A stretch of DNA of 32,000 nucleotides from Psychrobacter sp. Ps1 (lineage in GTDB: Bacteria > Pseudomonadota > Gammaproteobacteria > Pseudomonadales > Moraxellaceae). A program made the translations under genes and the position numbers. The notes under the pieces are model-generated. The model was not told the DNA's origin. It worked only from the letters and a program-made list of their open reading frames with translations, and did not search any database. Positions 20,411-30,672 of the stretch are shown piece by piece (within the stretch, counting starts at the first letter, position 1; the number at the start of each line of letters is the position of its first letter). Location: positions 155,210 to 187,209 of the forward strand of contig NZ_JADQAN010000003.1 in NCBI RefSeq assembly GCF_022129425.1. Reading direction: 5' to 3'.

Positions 20411-21496
20411 ATGAAAACTCCTACAGCATCCAGTCCACGTAAAATCATTCATATAGACATGGATGCGTTTTATGCCAGTGTAGAACAACGTGACTTCCCA
20501 GAATTACGGGGCAAACCACTAGTGGTTGGTGGAGATCCAAATGGTCGCGGTGTTGTAGCAGCGGCTAGCTATGAGGTACGTCAGTTTGGAGTGCGCTCAG
20601 CCATGTCTTGTTATGAGGCTCGCAAACGTTGTCCAGAAGTCATATTTGTCAGACCACGTTTTGAAGTATATCGAGCTGTTAGCAGCGATATTCGCAATAT
20701 CATGTACAGCTTAACGCCTCATGTTGAGCCATTATCGCTAGATGAAGCTTATCTTGATGTCACTGGTCTTACCGTACATAAAGGCTCAGCAACATTGATG
20801 GCCAACTGGTTAAGAGCACAAATATTACAACATACAGAATTGACCGCTTCTGCTGGCGTGTCCTTCAACAAAATGTTGGCCAAGATTGCCTCTGACATCA
20901 ACAAGCCTAACGGCACCGCTATTATCACACCAAAAGACGCTGATGCTTTTATCAGTACACTGCCTATTGAACGATTTCATGGAATAGGTAAAGCAACGGC
21001 AAGACGATTACATGCGATGGGCGTGACTAACGGTGCCGATCTACGCCGTGTGTCAGCTAATGTATTGATTAATGAATTTGGTAAGCGAGGACAGTTTTAT
21101 CATGATATCGCTCATGGTCGGGATGAACGCGCTGTTAAATCTGAGCGCCTGCATAAGTCTGTTGGTTCGGAGACTACTTTTAGAGAAAACCTAAACGATG
21201 ACACGGCGTTACGTGTACAAATCTATGAACAAAATGCGGATGCCTTCGCGCAACTGCACAAAAAAAATCTCATCGCTCATACTATAACGCTCAAGGTTAA
21301 GTATGCCGACTTTACTCAGATTACCCGTACGCACACGCTAACTACCGCTTTTAGTAGCGCTGAATCTGCACATTACTGGTTAGACAAGTTATTCTTAGAT
21401 ATTCCGCGCCAGCTCCCTATCCGACTAGTCGGGGTCACTTTTTCGTCATTGACACCTGCAGCCCAACTATTGCCTCAATTAAATTTATTTGAGTAA
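20411..21496 (+). CDS. dinB: DNA polymerase IV (Y-family translesion polymerase)
   Basis: IIHIDMDAFYASVEQRD, SLDEAYLDVT, SAGVSFNKMLAKIASDINKPNG, HGIGKAT. Confidence 0.92.
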   Translation: MKTPTASSPRKIIHIDMDAFYASVEQRDFPELRGKPLVVGGDPNGRGVVAAASYEVRQFGVRSAMSCYEARKRCPEVIFVRPRFEVYRAVSSDIRNIMYSLTPHVEPLSLDEAYLDVTGLTVHKGSATLMANWLRAQILQHTELTASAGVSFNKMLAKIASDINKPNGTAIITPKDADAFISTLPIERFHGIGKATARRLHAMGVTNGADLRRVSANVLINEFGKRGQFYHDIAHGRDERAVKSERLHKSVGSETTFRENLNDDTALRVQIYEQNADAFAQLHKKNLIAHTITLKVKYADFTQITRTHTLTTAFSSAESAHYWLDKLFLDIPRQLPIRLVGVTFSSLTPAAQLLPQLNLFE

Positions 21497-21657
21497 AATA
21501 AGCAAAGACTAACGTAATAAACATTAGGACAGTTAAATATTATTGCTTAGGCTATTCAAATGTGTTTTGTGCACTTTGACTACTTAGTAAAGCAACCTTT
21601 TATAGCAGTATTTCTGCTACAATTATGCCAAAATTTCTATCCATTTAAAGACTGATT

Positions 21658-22860
21658 ATGACCAACGCTCACACTGCATCTTCCGATTCTAATACTCCGC
21701 TTGATACCGATAACAATAGTGACGTCTTAGATTATCTAAGCGTGGAAGATTACGACTATGACCTACCAGATCGTTTGATTGCGCGATATCCATTAGCGCA
21801 GCGTTCTGCTTCAAAACTTTTGTACTTGCCTGCTCACACTGACACAAATGCTACCCCTGTAGAAGACTGTTTGTTTTCTGAGTTGCCTGAATTATTAGAC
21901 GTTGGAGACCTGATTGTATTTAATGATACAAAGGTGATGAAGGCACGCCTATTCGGTCAAAAAGATACTGGCGGTAAACTTGAGGTTTTGATTGAGCGAT
22001 TGGTTACTGTCTCAGACTTAGATATAACGACACTGCATTTAGAAGATTCAAATAATGAATCAGTCAACCAAGAACATATTGCTCTTTGCCATGTAAAAGC
22101 CAGTAAAGCACTAAAACTTGGTCAACGTTTTCAACTGGCCGATGGTCATATGAGTGGCGCAATGATTGGTCGTCAGGACAACTTGTTTATTTTAGCCTTT
22201 GATGCGCCAATTTTGCCTGATTTAGAAATTTATGGTGAGCTACCTATCCCGCCCTACTTTGAACGTCATGCTGACGATACCGATAATACTCGTTATCAAA
22301 CGGTGTTTCATGATCCTGCTAAGCTTGCAAGTGTCGCTGCACCGACAGCAAGTTTGCATTTCGATGACTTGGTGCTCAATAAGTTGGCAGAAAAAGGCAT
22401 CAATACTGCTTTTGTGACATTGCATGTTGGCGCTGGTACCTTTGCGCCAGTTAAAACAGACAATCTACTCAATCATACTATGCACAGTGAGTATGCACAT
22501 TTGCCACAAGCAACTGCTGAGCTGATTAATCAGACGCATGCAAATGGTAATAAGATCATCGCGATTGGTACTACGGTGACTCGCGTCCTTGAAACGGCGT
22601 ATCAAAAAAAAGCTATCAATGGACAAGCACTCTCTAGCTGGTCAGGGGACACGGACATCTTTATTTATCCAGGGTTTAAATTCGGTGTTATTGATCGACT
22701 GTTAACAAACTTTCATTTACCCAAATCGACTTTGCTAATGTTGGTATCAGCTTTTTCTGGAAAAGCATCGATTGAACATGCCTATCAACATGCTATTGAA
22801 AAAGAATATCGATTCTTCAGCTATGGCGATGCGATGTTACTTGACAAGAAAATAAGCTGA
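21658..22860 (+). CDS. queA: S-adenosylmethionine:tRNA ribosyltransferase-isomerase
   Basis: DYDYDLPDRLIARYPL, LPIPPYFER, YQTVF, APTASLHF, LHVGAGTF.PV, IAIGTTVTRVLE, TNFHLPKSTLLMLVSAF. At 400 aa it is longer than E. coli QueA because of an N-terminal extension and an internal insertion. Confidence 0.92.
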   Translation: MTNAHTASSDSNTPLDTDNNSDVLDYLSVEDYDYDLPDRLIARYPLAQRSASKLLYLPAHTDTNATPVEDCLFSELPELLDVGDLIVFNDTKVMKARLFGQKDTGGKLEVLIERLVTVSDLDITTLHLEDSNNESVNQEHIALCHVKASKALKLGQRFQLADGHMSGAMIGRQDNLFILAFDAPILPDLEIYGELPIPPYFERHADDTDNTRYQTVFHDPAKLASVAAPTASLHFDDLVLNKLAEKGINTAFVTLHVGAGTFAPVKTDNLLNHTMHSEYAHLPQATAELINQTHANGNKIIAIGTTVTRVLETAYQKKAINGQALSSWSGDTDIFIYPGFKFGVIDRLLTNFHLPKSTLLMLVSAFSGKASIEHAYQHAIEKEYRFFSYGDAMLLDKKIS

Positions 22861-22970
22861 ACATTAAATAAACATTTATGCATTGGACGCAACAGTTGTG
22901 AAATAAACTGGTAAACTAAACCGTACTTTGTTATAACAGCAAAGATAACTTATTTTGTAAAGGACTGCTC

Positions 22971-24728
22971 ATGTCTTGTCATTTATCTCGTCGCTTGACT
23001 CCTGTACATCGCGCGGTATCGATGGCATTACTTTATTCTGTAGGTTTGGCCGCTATTATTCCAAGCGCGCAAGCGGCAACTATCGGTAAGACAGTCGTTA
23101 GTTCAGCTCAGCATGAACCTTTGAGCGCAAGTATCGTAGTCACCGACATACGAGCAGCTGATTTTTCAGCGAGCTTGGCTAACCCTGTCATCTATCAACA
23201 GATGGGATTGACGCCGACTGATTCAATGCAGGTGCGCTTTCAAGCAACTTCAGCGACTAGTGGTCAGGTATTAATCAGCACATCACAGCCTGTGTCCAAG
23301 CCTTTTGCTGATTTGGTGTTGTCGATCAATGATAATGGGCAGCAAAATGTCGTACCAAAAACATTATTAATGCCGTTAAGCGATAGTCTACCGATTAATA
23401 AGACTCCAGAAAACATTGTCAAAGGTACAAAAAAACCTAATTTACCTAGTGTTTCTGCAAGCACAGTTAAACCGTTAACCGTAAGAAAAGGTGCACCGCC
23501 GCCGCTAATATCAGTATCTAACGCTGCTGCAAATAAACCAGCTCTAGCAAACATAGCAACAGTTGACTCTTCTATTTCTAGATCAGTGTCTAACATACAA
23601 GCTCCGACAGTGACAGCTACTTCGCAGACTAGCAACCTTACTTACGCGCCTAGTCGTCTTGATAATGGGCTCTTAAATAGCGACTCTGATATAAAAAATG
23701 CTAGCAGTAATGCAAAGAAAACTGATAACGGCCTTAGTTCAGCGAACCGTTTAGATAGCAGTTTCTTAAATGCAAATAACAACACTGAAACTACGAAAGC
23801 TGTCATCAATGACAGCGATAAGGCAAGTATTAAAAATACTCTAATCTTAGATAAAGTATTGATTGATGAACCACTCGATACTCTAAATATTCAAGTCACA
23901 CGGCAGATACAGCCGAGTCGTAAAAAAACAGATGCTGACACATCACCCGTATCTACTCCGACTACTAGCATCATCGCAAGCAATACTGAGAAAAATGATA
24001 CTAGCGTCTTGGCGGCTTCTATTGACAATACAACGTCGAGAACTCCTAACAGCGCTACCAATAATGTACCTTCAAATGATAGAGCAACAGATAGCTCGAC
24101 AATCAATCAATACCAAGTACAACGTAACGATAGCCTATGGATTATTGCTCAGCAGATCGCGCAAGAAAATAATCTAGATACTTCCATCGTGATGAAGCAA
24201 ATTCAATCACAAAACCCTGATGCTTTTATCAATAAAGACGCAGATCAATTAAAAGCAGATGCTAAGCTTATTTTGCCTAGTTATGATGTTATACCATCAC
24301 AGAAAAATCTAGAAGCGGCCATCGATGCACAAAGACAGTATATTCGCAGAGCAAATACAGCGGCGGTGCAAAAAACAGCTCAAAGACCTTTTAAAAAACC
24401 TTCTATAAGTACGCAAGCGGCCAAACGCCCTGAAAAAGCCACGACAACTAAAACACAAACCTTATCAAAAGCACAATTTTCTGTGCTTGCGCCCGGGCGA
24501 GATGGCAATGCAGATGGCACTCAAGCAAAAGCGGCATCAAACACAGGGAATGGTTTGAGTACAGATATATTAGCGACACTCAAAGCATCGCGGCAACAAG
24601 CAGCATCACAGGCCCAACGTTTATCAAGTACCAGTAGCACTCTTAGTAGTTATACTAAAAAAATTCAATTACAAAACCAAAAATTGGCTGAGCTGCAGGC
24701 TCGTCTCGAAAAATTACGCAATCAATAA
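22971..24728 (+). CDS. FimV-like periplasmic portion (signal peptide + LysM-type peptidoglycan-binding motif + C-terminal coiled coil)
   Basis: Signal-like N-terminus ...AAIIPSAQA/ATIG. LysM-like YQVQRNDSLWIIAQQIA...QIQSQNPDAFINKDADQLKADAKLILP as in FimV/HubP. Locus context is fimV-truA near leuB. Confidence 0.7.
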   Translation: MSCHLSRRLTPVHRAVSMALLYSVGLAAIIPSAQAATIGKTVVSSAQHEPLSASIVVTDIRAADFSASLANPVIYQQMGLTPTDSMQVRFQATSATSGQVLISTSQPVSKPFADLVLSINDNGQQNVVPKTLLMPLSDSLPINKTPENIVKGTKKPNLPSVSASTVKPLTVRKGAPPPLISVSNAAANKPALANIATVDSSISRSVSNIQAPTVTATSQTSNLTYAPSRLDNGLLNSDSDIKNASSNAKKTDNGLSSANRLDSSFLNANNNTETTKAVINDSDKASIKNTLILDKVLIDEPLDTLNIQVTRQIQPSRKKTDADTSPVSTPTTSIIASNTEKNDTSVLAASIDNTTSRTPNSATNNVPSNDRATDSSTINQYQVQRNDSLWIIAQQIAQENNLDTSIVMKQIQSQNPDAFINKDADQLKADAKLILPSYDVIPSQKNLEAAIDAQRQYIRRANTAAVQKTAQRPFKKPSISTQAAKRPEKATTTKTQTLSKAQFSVLAPGRDGNADGTQAKAASNTGNGLSTDILATLKASRQQAASQAQRLSSTSSTLSSYTKKIQLQNQKLAELQARLEKLRNQ

Positions 24729-24779
24729 TTGCCTAACTGATTCATACATTAGATTGTGATCACAGGCGTAGGAATAACT

Positions 24780-26441
24780 ATGGACAATATGCTATATATC
24801 ATCGCCGGATTGGCGCTTATTCTGTTAGTGGCTGCTTTATTCTTGCGCAAAAATAAGGCGCAGAAATCGTCATCACCTTCGCCTATTAATGCAAGAAAAG
24901 ATACGCCTACTCCATCACCAAAAGTAGACTATGATACTCCTACCCACACTAATGTCAGCAATAGCCATAAATTTGACCATATCACTATTGCACAGCGTTT
25001 TATGGATCAGCAGCGCTATGACAAGGCGGTCGAAACCATTAAACGTGGTTTAAGTGAAAAACCTCACAACAGTGCATTGTCTCTTAAACTACTCAGCATA
25101 TACGCGACGATAAATCAGCCAGAAGATTTCAATCATATTTATGAGTCTATAAGAGCCCACAGTGATGAGAGCACTATTATTCATGCCAATGAGCTAAAGA
25201 GTTTATATTTCGAAGAACAGAATCCAGTAGTCGCGCAGACTTCAGAATTACCTGTAGAAAATACAACAAACTTTGAAAGTATAGACTTTGATTTGCCGCC
25301 GAGCAAAGTTGATACAGATGTAATATCTAATCATTCAGTTGTTGAAAATACTAACGATACTGTCATGAATGCGCCTATCGATAGCTTACAAGTGTCAGAC
25401 GAAATTGACAATGTTAATCCTACTATCGAAACTTCGAATGATAGCTTTGATCTGACCCTCAACGATTTAGAGAATGATTTCAATGCGCCTAATGCGACAA
25501 ATGAAACGCCTGTCATACCATTGGACAACGTAAACGACAACGTTTTAGAGACTTCTGCTAACGATAATATTAGTAATAACGAAAATGACGATCTTAGTGA
25601 CTTTGAGTTTGACTTTGATTCATTTGACGACAATACTTCGACAGAAGCTTCTATAGAAGCTAATTCTTCGCATAGTAACGAGGCAACGGTACTAGAAGAA
25701 GACTTTATATTAGACTTCGATGATTTAGCAGCCGATGCAGACAAAGACAACGTCGTCACTAATGACATATCTACGAATTCAGAACAACACTCTTTTGATA
25801 CTATTCAAAACAGTGAGGATGACTTTTCTTTATCTTTGGGCAGTCTAGATACATTAGATGACATCGATACTGTCTCCAATGACGACCTATCTACGACTGA
25901 AAACGACAGTGATTTCGATAATTTCATTCTGGAAAATACTGATTTTAGAAACAATACTTCTGAGAGTATAACCCTTGAAGAAGACAACTTTGTAGATATT
26001 AATCTTGAGGAACCATTACTCAATGATAATATCGAGGTTAATGATGTTAGCGATGTTGAAGAATCGAATATCGCATCTGCTACACCATTGAGATTTGATG
26101 ACAATACGCTGATAGACGATGACTTTAATATCGATGATGCTGACTCTCTATTTGACACTCCGTCGACCACTACCCCAGTCTCTACAGCTGCACCAGTTGA
26201 GAGTGACACTCCTATTACGCCTCAAGAGACTGAGTCAGCAGAAGATTTCTCATCACGGTTCGCAGCAGATTTTGATTTCGTAAAGTCACTAGACAGTAAT
26301 CAAGTGACGTTAGACTTGGCAGATCAATATCTGCAACTGGGTGAATATGACAGTGCAAAGCGTCTACTCAAGGAGGTGATAGCTCAAGGTAATAGTGAAC
26401 AGAAACAGCAAGCACAGTTACTACTTGAACGTACTGCGTAG
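24780..26441 (+). CDS. FimV-like membrane-anchored cytoplasmic portion (TM helix, TPR-like segment, very acidic low-complexity region, FimV C-terminal motif)
   Basis: TM helix LYIIAGLALILLVAALFL. A long D/E/N/S-rich region. The C-terminus LDLADQYLQLGEYDSAKRLLKEVIAQGNSEQKQQAQLLLER matches the conserved FimV C-terminal domain. The ATG at 24780 has an AGGA upstream. Confidence 0.7.
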   Translation: MDNMLYIIAGLALILLVAALFLRKNKAQKSSSPSPINARKDTPTPSPKVDYDTPTHTNVSNSHKFDHITIAQRFMDQQRYDKAVETIKRGLSEKPHNSALSLKLLSIYATINQPEDFNHIYESIRAHSDESTIIHANELKSLYFEEQNPVVAQTSELPVENTTNFESIDFDLPPSKVDTDVISNHSVVENTNDTVMNAPIDSLQVSDEIDNVNPTIETSNDSFDLTLNDLENDFNAPNATNETPVIPLDNVNDNVLETSANDNISNNENDDLSDFEFDFDSFDDNTSTEASIEANSSHSNEATVLEEDFILDFDDLAADADKDNVVTNDISTNSEQHSFDTIQNSEDDFSLSLGSLDTLDDIDTVSNDDLSTTENDSDFDNFILENTDFRNNTSESITLEEDNFVDINLEEPLLNDNIEVNDVSDVEESNIASATPLRFDDNTLIDDDFNIDDADSLFDTPSTTTPVSTAAPVESDTPITPQETESAEDFSSRFAADFDFVKSLDSNQVTLDLADQYLQLGEYDSAKRLLKEVIAQGNSEQKQQAQLLLERTA

Positions 26442-26459
26442 TTAATCGTCTAGTCTCTT

Positions 26460-26504
26460 ATCAGCAAGTACTTCCTAATCACGGGATGCTTGCTGATTTT
26501 TTTT
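26460..26504 (+). terminator. Rho-independent terminator after the FimV-like genes
   Basis: ATCAGCAAG...CTTGCTGAT stem followed by T8. Confidence 0.7.
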
Positions 26505-26604
26505 GCATTTAACTCTAATACTATCTATTATTGAACCCTTCAGCCATCGTTGCTCAATCCTCTAGCGCCTCTTTTCTTCCATAATTGTTTACTGTGTTGA
26601 TACT

Positions 26605-27705
26605 ATGCCATCTTCTGTTATGCTCAAAAACCTATCCGATCCTATTCAACTGATTTATGCTGGCGGTACCTTTGGTAGCTATGGCAGACCATTGGCGCCA
26701 TTATCAGCAGAAGTGTTTTTGCCTACTCTACAAAAACTTTTGTCCGCGCAAGACAGTACGAATAACTTACCGACCGTCTCATGGTTGGAAAACGCCCTGA
26801 TCAAAGACAGCAGCCAACTTACTCCTAGCGATTTTACGCATTTCTATCAACTACTACTGAATGCTTATGCCAAAGGTGATAGACGGTTTGTACTCATCAC
26901 TGGTACGGATACGTTGAGTTACTTAGGCGCGTTTTTAGCAGAAGCTTTTGCAGGTAGTGATATTTGTATTGTTCTGACTGCAAGTATGCGCCCATTATTA
27001 GACAGTGAAATATTGCATTCCTATAACATCGACGAACATAGCGATGCTTGGGGCAATCTCAACGACTCATTAAAACTAGCCGCTGCTGGTGAGTCAGGCG
27101 TGAAGATTAGTTTTGGCGGCGAATCATGGCCTGCTCAAACGGTACAGAAAATTCACAGTCATGATCTGATGGCATTTACTGGTCATTCCCGCGCCGCTTA
27201 TCCAGCCAATAGCTATATAAAAATTCTACCTGACACGCGTAGGCAACATTGGCTTGATGACCAACAAGACTTGCTGTCCAGTATTCAAACACGCGCTGAA
27301 AACGCGAGTGTTCATGCGCTATATTGCCTACCTAACGATGTTTCGATGATAAACAACCAGCTACAAGCTTTATTGTCGCAGCCACCATGTGGCATTATTC
27401 TATTAGGGTTTGGCGCCGGTAATATCCCTTATTCAGCTGCATTAGCAGAGACACTAACCCTTGCTCATGAGCGTGGACATATGGTGATATCAGCCAGTCA
27501 ATGTCCATTTGGTGGCGTCAGCGATAGTTATGCGGCAGGCAGTTGGCAGTACGAGCATCATGTCATTGCTGGTGGACGTTTGACCATACCTGCTATTTAT
27601 GCCCGATTACTATGGTTGCTACTTCGCTATGATAGTCCTGCAAGACGCAGACAGCGTTGGTTGAACAATATCAGTCAAACTGGCACTAGCATCAAAAAGC
27701 GCTAA
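26605..27705 (+). CDS. Asparaginase-family (type I L-asparaginase-like) protein
   Basis: IYAGGTFGS (compare GGTI motif) and LITGTDTLSY (compare HGTDTM motif), with a C-terminal GFGAGN segment. Activity is not inferable. Confidence 0.72.
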   Translation: MPSSVMLKNLSDPIQLIYAGGTFGSYGRPLAPLSAEVFLPTLQKLLSAQDSTNNLPTVSWLENALIKDSSQLTPSDFTHFYQLLLNAYAKGDRRFVLITGTDTLSYLGAFLAEAFAGSDICIVLTASMRPLLDSEILHSYNIDEHSDAWGNLNDSLKLAAAGESGVKISFGGESWPAQTVQKIHSHDLMAFTGHSRAAYPANSYIKILPDTRRQHWLDDQQDLLSSIQTRAENASVHALYCLPNDVSMINNQLQALLSQPPCGIILLGFGAGNIPYSAALAETLTLAHERGHMVISASQCPFGGVSDSYAAGSWQYEHHVIAGGRLTIPAIYARLLWLLLRYDSPARRRQRWLNNISQTGTSIKKR

Positions 27706-27748
27706 GCGACTTTTAATTAACTCCCATTTTATAAGTTTAGAAACCCTA

Positions 27749-28582
27749 ATGTCTGAGACTGAAATTATTGAAACTGCACCAACCTACACTTTAGCGATTG
27801 CTATTGAGTTCTTAGGAACTCATTATCATGGCTGGCAACGGCAACGAGAGGTTTTGGGTGTACAAGAAGCCTTAGAGACAGCTATCGGCAAAGTTGCCAA
27901 TGAGCCTGTAGAAGTCATCGCAGCTGGGCGTACTGACGCCAGCGTCCATGCGAGCAATATGATTGCCCATTTTACGACTCATGCGTATCGCCCAACTCAT
28001 AACTGGTTACGCGGTGTGAACAGCCTACTTCCCGATGATATTGCTCTACGCTGGATACAACCTATGCCAGCTGATTTTCACGCGCGTTTTGGTGCTATTG
28101 CTCGTCGCTATCGTTATATTACGCTCAACCAAGCACAGCGCCCTGCCATACTAAATCATCAAGTGACTCATATCTATGAACCGCTTGATTTAGAAGCCAT
28201 GCAGCAAGCAGCAGCTGATATCGTCGGTACACACGATTTTAGCAGTTACCGTGCTGCTGCTTGTCAATCCAATCAACCAGTGCGTACGATTAGCCATGCC
28301 AACCTTTTTGCTCATGGTCAATTTATCGTTTTTGATATACAAGCAGATGGGTTTTTACATCATATGGTTCGCAATTTAATGGGCACATTATATGCCATTG
28401 GTAGACACGAGCTAGAGCCAGCAGATTTTTTGAAGATTTTGTATAAAAAAGATCGGACGATTGCACCACCTACCGCTTCAGGTGATGGCTTGTATTTTAT
28501 CAATGCCTATTATCCTGAACGTTTTCAAAGTTTATTGCCAGATGCGCCATTAACGCCTGTCTGGTTAAATCTACCTGATTAA
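27749..28582 (+). CDS. truA: tRNA pseudouridine(38-40) synthase
   Basis: GWQRQ, AAGRTDASVHA (catalytic Asp), RRYRY, GTHDFSS, FLHHMVRN. Confidence 0.92.
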   Translation: MSETEIIETAPTYTLAIAIEFLGTHYHGWQRQREVLGVQEALETAIGKVANEPVEVIAAGRTDASVHASNMIAHFTTHAYRPTHNWLRGVNSLLPDDIALRWIQPMPADFHARFGAIARRYRYITLNQAQRPAILNHQVTHIYEPLDLEAMQQAAADIVGTHDFSSYRAAACQSNQPVRTISHANLFAHGQFIVFDIQADGFLHHMVRNLMGTLYAIGRHELEPADFLKILYKKDRTIAPPTASGDGLYFINAYYPERFQSLLPDAPLTPVWLNLPD

Positions 28583-28703
28583 ATTATTATCATTTGGCAT
28601 ACATATCACTTACATGCTGTCAAGTCAAAAGCAGGTTCGTATTGCTTTAATCCACTAACTTACGTATAATATGGGCTTATTTTTTAATTGATTGATACAA
28701 ATT

Positions 28704-28925
28704 ATGGCAAAAGACGATATTATTGAATTTGAAGGCGAAGTCATTGATACCCTTCCTAATACTTTGTTCAAAGTTCGTTTAGAAAACGGGCACGAAATCA
28801 TCGCGCATATCTCTGGTAAGATGCGTAAGCATTATATTCGTATCTTGACAGGTGATAAGGTTAAAGTTGAAATGACACCTTATGACCTATCTAAAGGCCG
28901 TATCACCTACCGTGGTAAAAACTAA
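28704..28925 (+). CDS. infA: Translation initiation factor IF-1
   Basis: [72 protein letters not shown] is near-canonical IF-1. The start was trimmed to ATG 28704. Confidence 0.95.
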   Translation: MAKDDIIEFEGEVIDTLPNTLFKVRLENGHEIIAHISGKMRKHYIRILTGDKVKVEMTPYDLSKGRITYRGKN

Positions 28926-29120
28926 ATACTGACTGACCAATATGGTTATGAAAGTATTAGCATTGGTAAGATACAGCTAATAACTGAATAGCTACGTTAT
29001 CGCTGATAGCTGATATGACGCTTGGGTAGTGAAACTGATAATAATAATGAAAATGCTAATCTGCTCATTATTGCCTATCAATATTTTAGTTATTTAGTAT
29101 TGACTGTTTCTGCTTACCAC

Positions 29121-29154
29121 AAAAAATACCGCTAGATTTTAGCGGTATTTTTTT
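29121..29154. terminator. Bidirectional Rho-independent terminator between infA and the convergent L,D-transpeptidase gene
   Basis: A6-ATACCGCTA-gattt-TAGCGGTAT-T7. Confidence 0.7.
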
Positions 29155-29185
29155 GTCCATTTTTTATGACTTAGTACTATCGTAT

Positions 29186-30307
29186 TTAACTAAATTCGAC
29201 AGTTGCGCCGTTTTTTATGACTCCAAGCAGACTAAGCGCGTCCCAGTTGGTCAAACGCACACAACCTGCTGATGCTTGACGACTGATACGAGCAGGATCT
29301 GGTGATCCATGAATGCCATAAGTTGGTTTACTAAGCCCAATCCATACCGAGCCTACTGGATTGTTGGGACCTGGTGGAATGATAGACTTGCTACCGTCAT
29401 TGGCCGTATAAGTATAGTTGGGCTCGTGTACCTTTACCTTAACAGTATGCGTACCTGTTGGTGATGGTGTCGCTGTACTACCCACTGTCGTCGGATAGCT
29501 AGCAATCAAGTTATTGTTCTCATCATAAGCGTAGAGTGTCTCAGTGGCTTTATCAGCGACAACGCGATGCACAGGCTTAGTGTTAGGATTGCCAGGGTTG
29601 TATACCGTGATAATTTCACCCGCAGTAAAACTGGCATCAGGATTAAGCGATTTTAAATATTTCTCACTGATATGAAACTTCTCTGCCAATGCCTCAGTAA
29701 TGCTTTCGTAGTACATTCCCTCAAGCTTGGATTTGGCAACAGAATCAGCAGGTATGGTTGTGGTTTTGACATTCACATCTGCTTCAGTAAGCTGATAACT
29801 GACTAGTACTGGTTGAGTCGTGAGCTTCTCATTCTTGGTCAGTGCTTGCCACGTCTCAGCGTTCAACGTATCAGTTACGTCTAAACCATTCGCTTTTTGA
29901 AACGCCTGCATGGCTTTACGAGTATTTTTGCCCCAGTAGCCATCGACAGGCCCTACTCCGTTGTGATGCCAGTTTAGTAGAGCCTGCAGCTTTGTTCCTA
30001 CGTTACGATCAATATCTGCATCTGCCGTCCAAGTGACATTGTTTACTTTTTTTGCATTGTCAGATAGGTTCTCAGTTGTGTACTTAATCGTAGGCAGTAG
30101 CTTATTCAATGAAGTCGCAGCTTTACTATCTCCTGTTAACTTTTGACTTACGCCATTAGTCACTGGACTGACTTCTGCCGAAGCCTTGACGCTATTACTT
30201 GCGTTCACACTATCCGTTGTCTCTGCTGCGATGCTTTGCCCCATGAATAGTAAGCTAGAGAGACTAACCACTGTCAATGCCTTACTGATTCTTGTTAGTT
30301 GATACAT
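29186..30307 (-). CDS. L,D-transpeptidase (YkuD domain) with signal peptide and PG_binding_1-like domain
   Basis: Catalytic GIHGSPDPARISRQASAGCVRLTNWDA (H...S.GC.R). Peptidoglycan-binding-like LQALLNWHHNGVGPVDGYWGKNTRKAMQAFQKANGL. N-terminal signal sequence. Confidence 0.85.
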   Translation of the reverse strand: MYQLTRISKALTVVSLSSLLFMGQSIAAETTDSVNASNSVKASAEVSPVTNGVSQKLTGDSKAATSLNKLLPTIKYTTENLSDNAKKVNNVTWTADADIDRNVGTKLQALLNWHHNGVGPVDGYWGKNTRKAMQAFQKANGLDVTDTLNAETWQALTKNEKLTTQPVLVSYQLTEADVNVKTTTIPADSVAKSKLEGMYYESITEALAEKFHISEKYLKSLNPDASFTAGEIITVYNPGNPNTKPVHRVVADKATETLYAYDENNNLIASYPTTVGSTATPSPTGTHTVKVKVHEPNYTYTANDGSKSIIPPGPNNPVGSVWIGLSKPTYGIHGSPDPARISRQASAGCVRLTNWDALSLLGVIKNGATVEFS

Positions 30308-30573
30308 GTAACACTCCTCATTTAATAAATTCTATTATTATTTTCAGTTTTCAAATACTACAGTTTTTTGGATTTTTAGAACTTACCTCTGTCATCTAAG
30401 TTTTTACTATTATATTTTTGCTAAAAGCGAAATATTTTAGCTCCTTTATAAGCTACTAATATTGTCATATTACCTTGTGAGCATATAACAGCTTTATGTT
30501 AAAAGGAGCTTTGTTATACAGCGTCTCTGTTAAGACAATGCTTATAAATAAGCTTGGCTAACAGATAAACAAT

Positions 30574-30606
30574 AAAAAACCCATAAGCCACTTGGTAGCT
30601 TATGGG
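30574..30606 (-). terminator. Rho-independent terminator after leuB
   Basis: Minus strand reads CCCATAAGC-taccaagtg-GCTTATGGG followed by T6. Confidence 0.7.
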
Positions 30607-30672
30607 TATATAACATGCAAACTAAGACTGCGGAAAATGCTATATAGGAATAGCCTTTAAACGCAAGTTAAA

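Noticed and set aside
21658-22860. QueA is about 45 aa longer than the E. coli enzyme (N-terminal extension plus an internal insertion).
   Set aside because: All catalytic-region motifs are intact and in frame. Lineage-specific insertions of low-complexity sequence are seen in several proteins of this window (TrmO, FimV), so this looks like a genome-wide style rather than a special feature.
25200-26250. Highly repetitive-looking acidic region of the second FimV-like ORF, considered as a tandem DNA repeat or CRISPR-like array.
   Set aside because: It is compositional low complexity (D/E/N/S/T-rich codons) without regular repeat-spacer periodicity, and it lies inside one continuous ORF that ends in the conserved FimV C-terminal motif.
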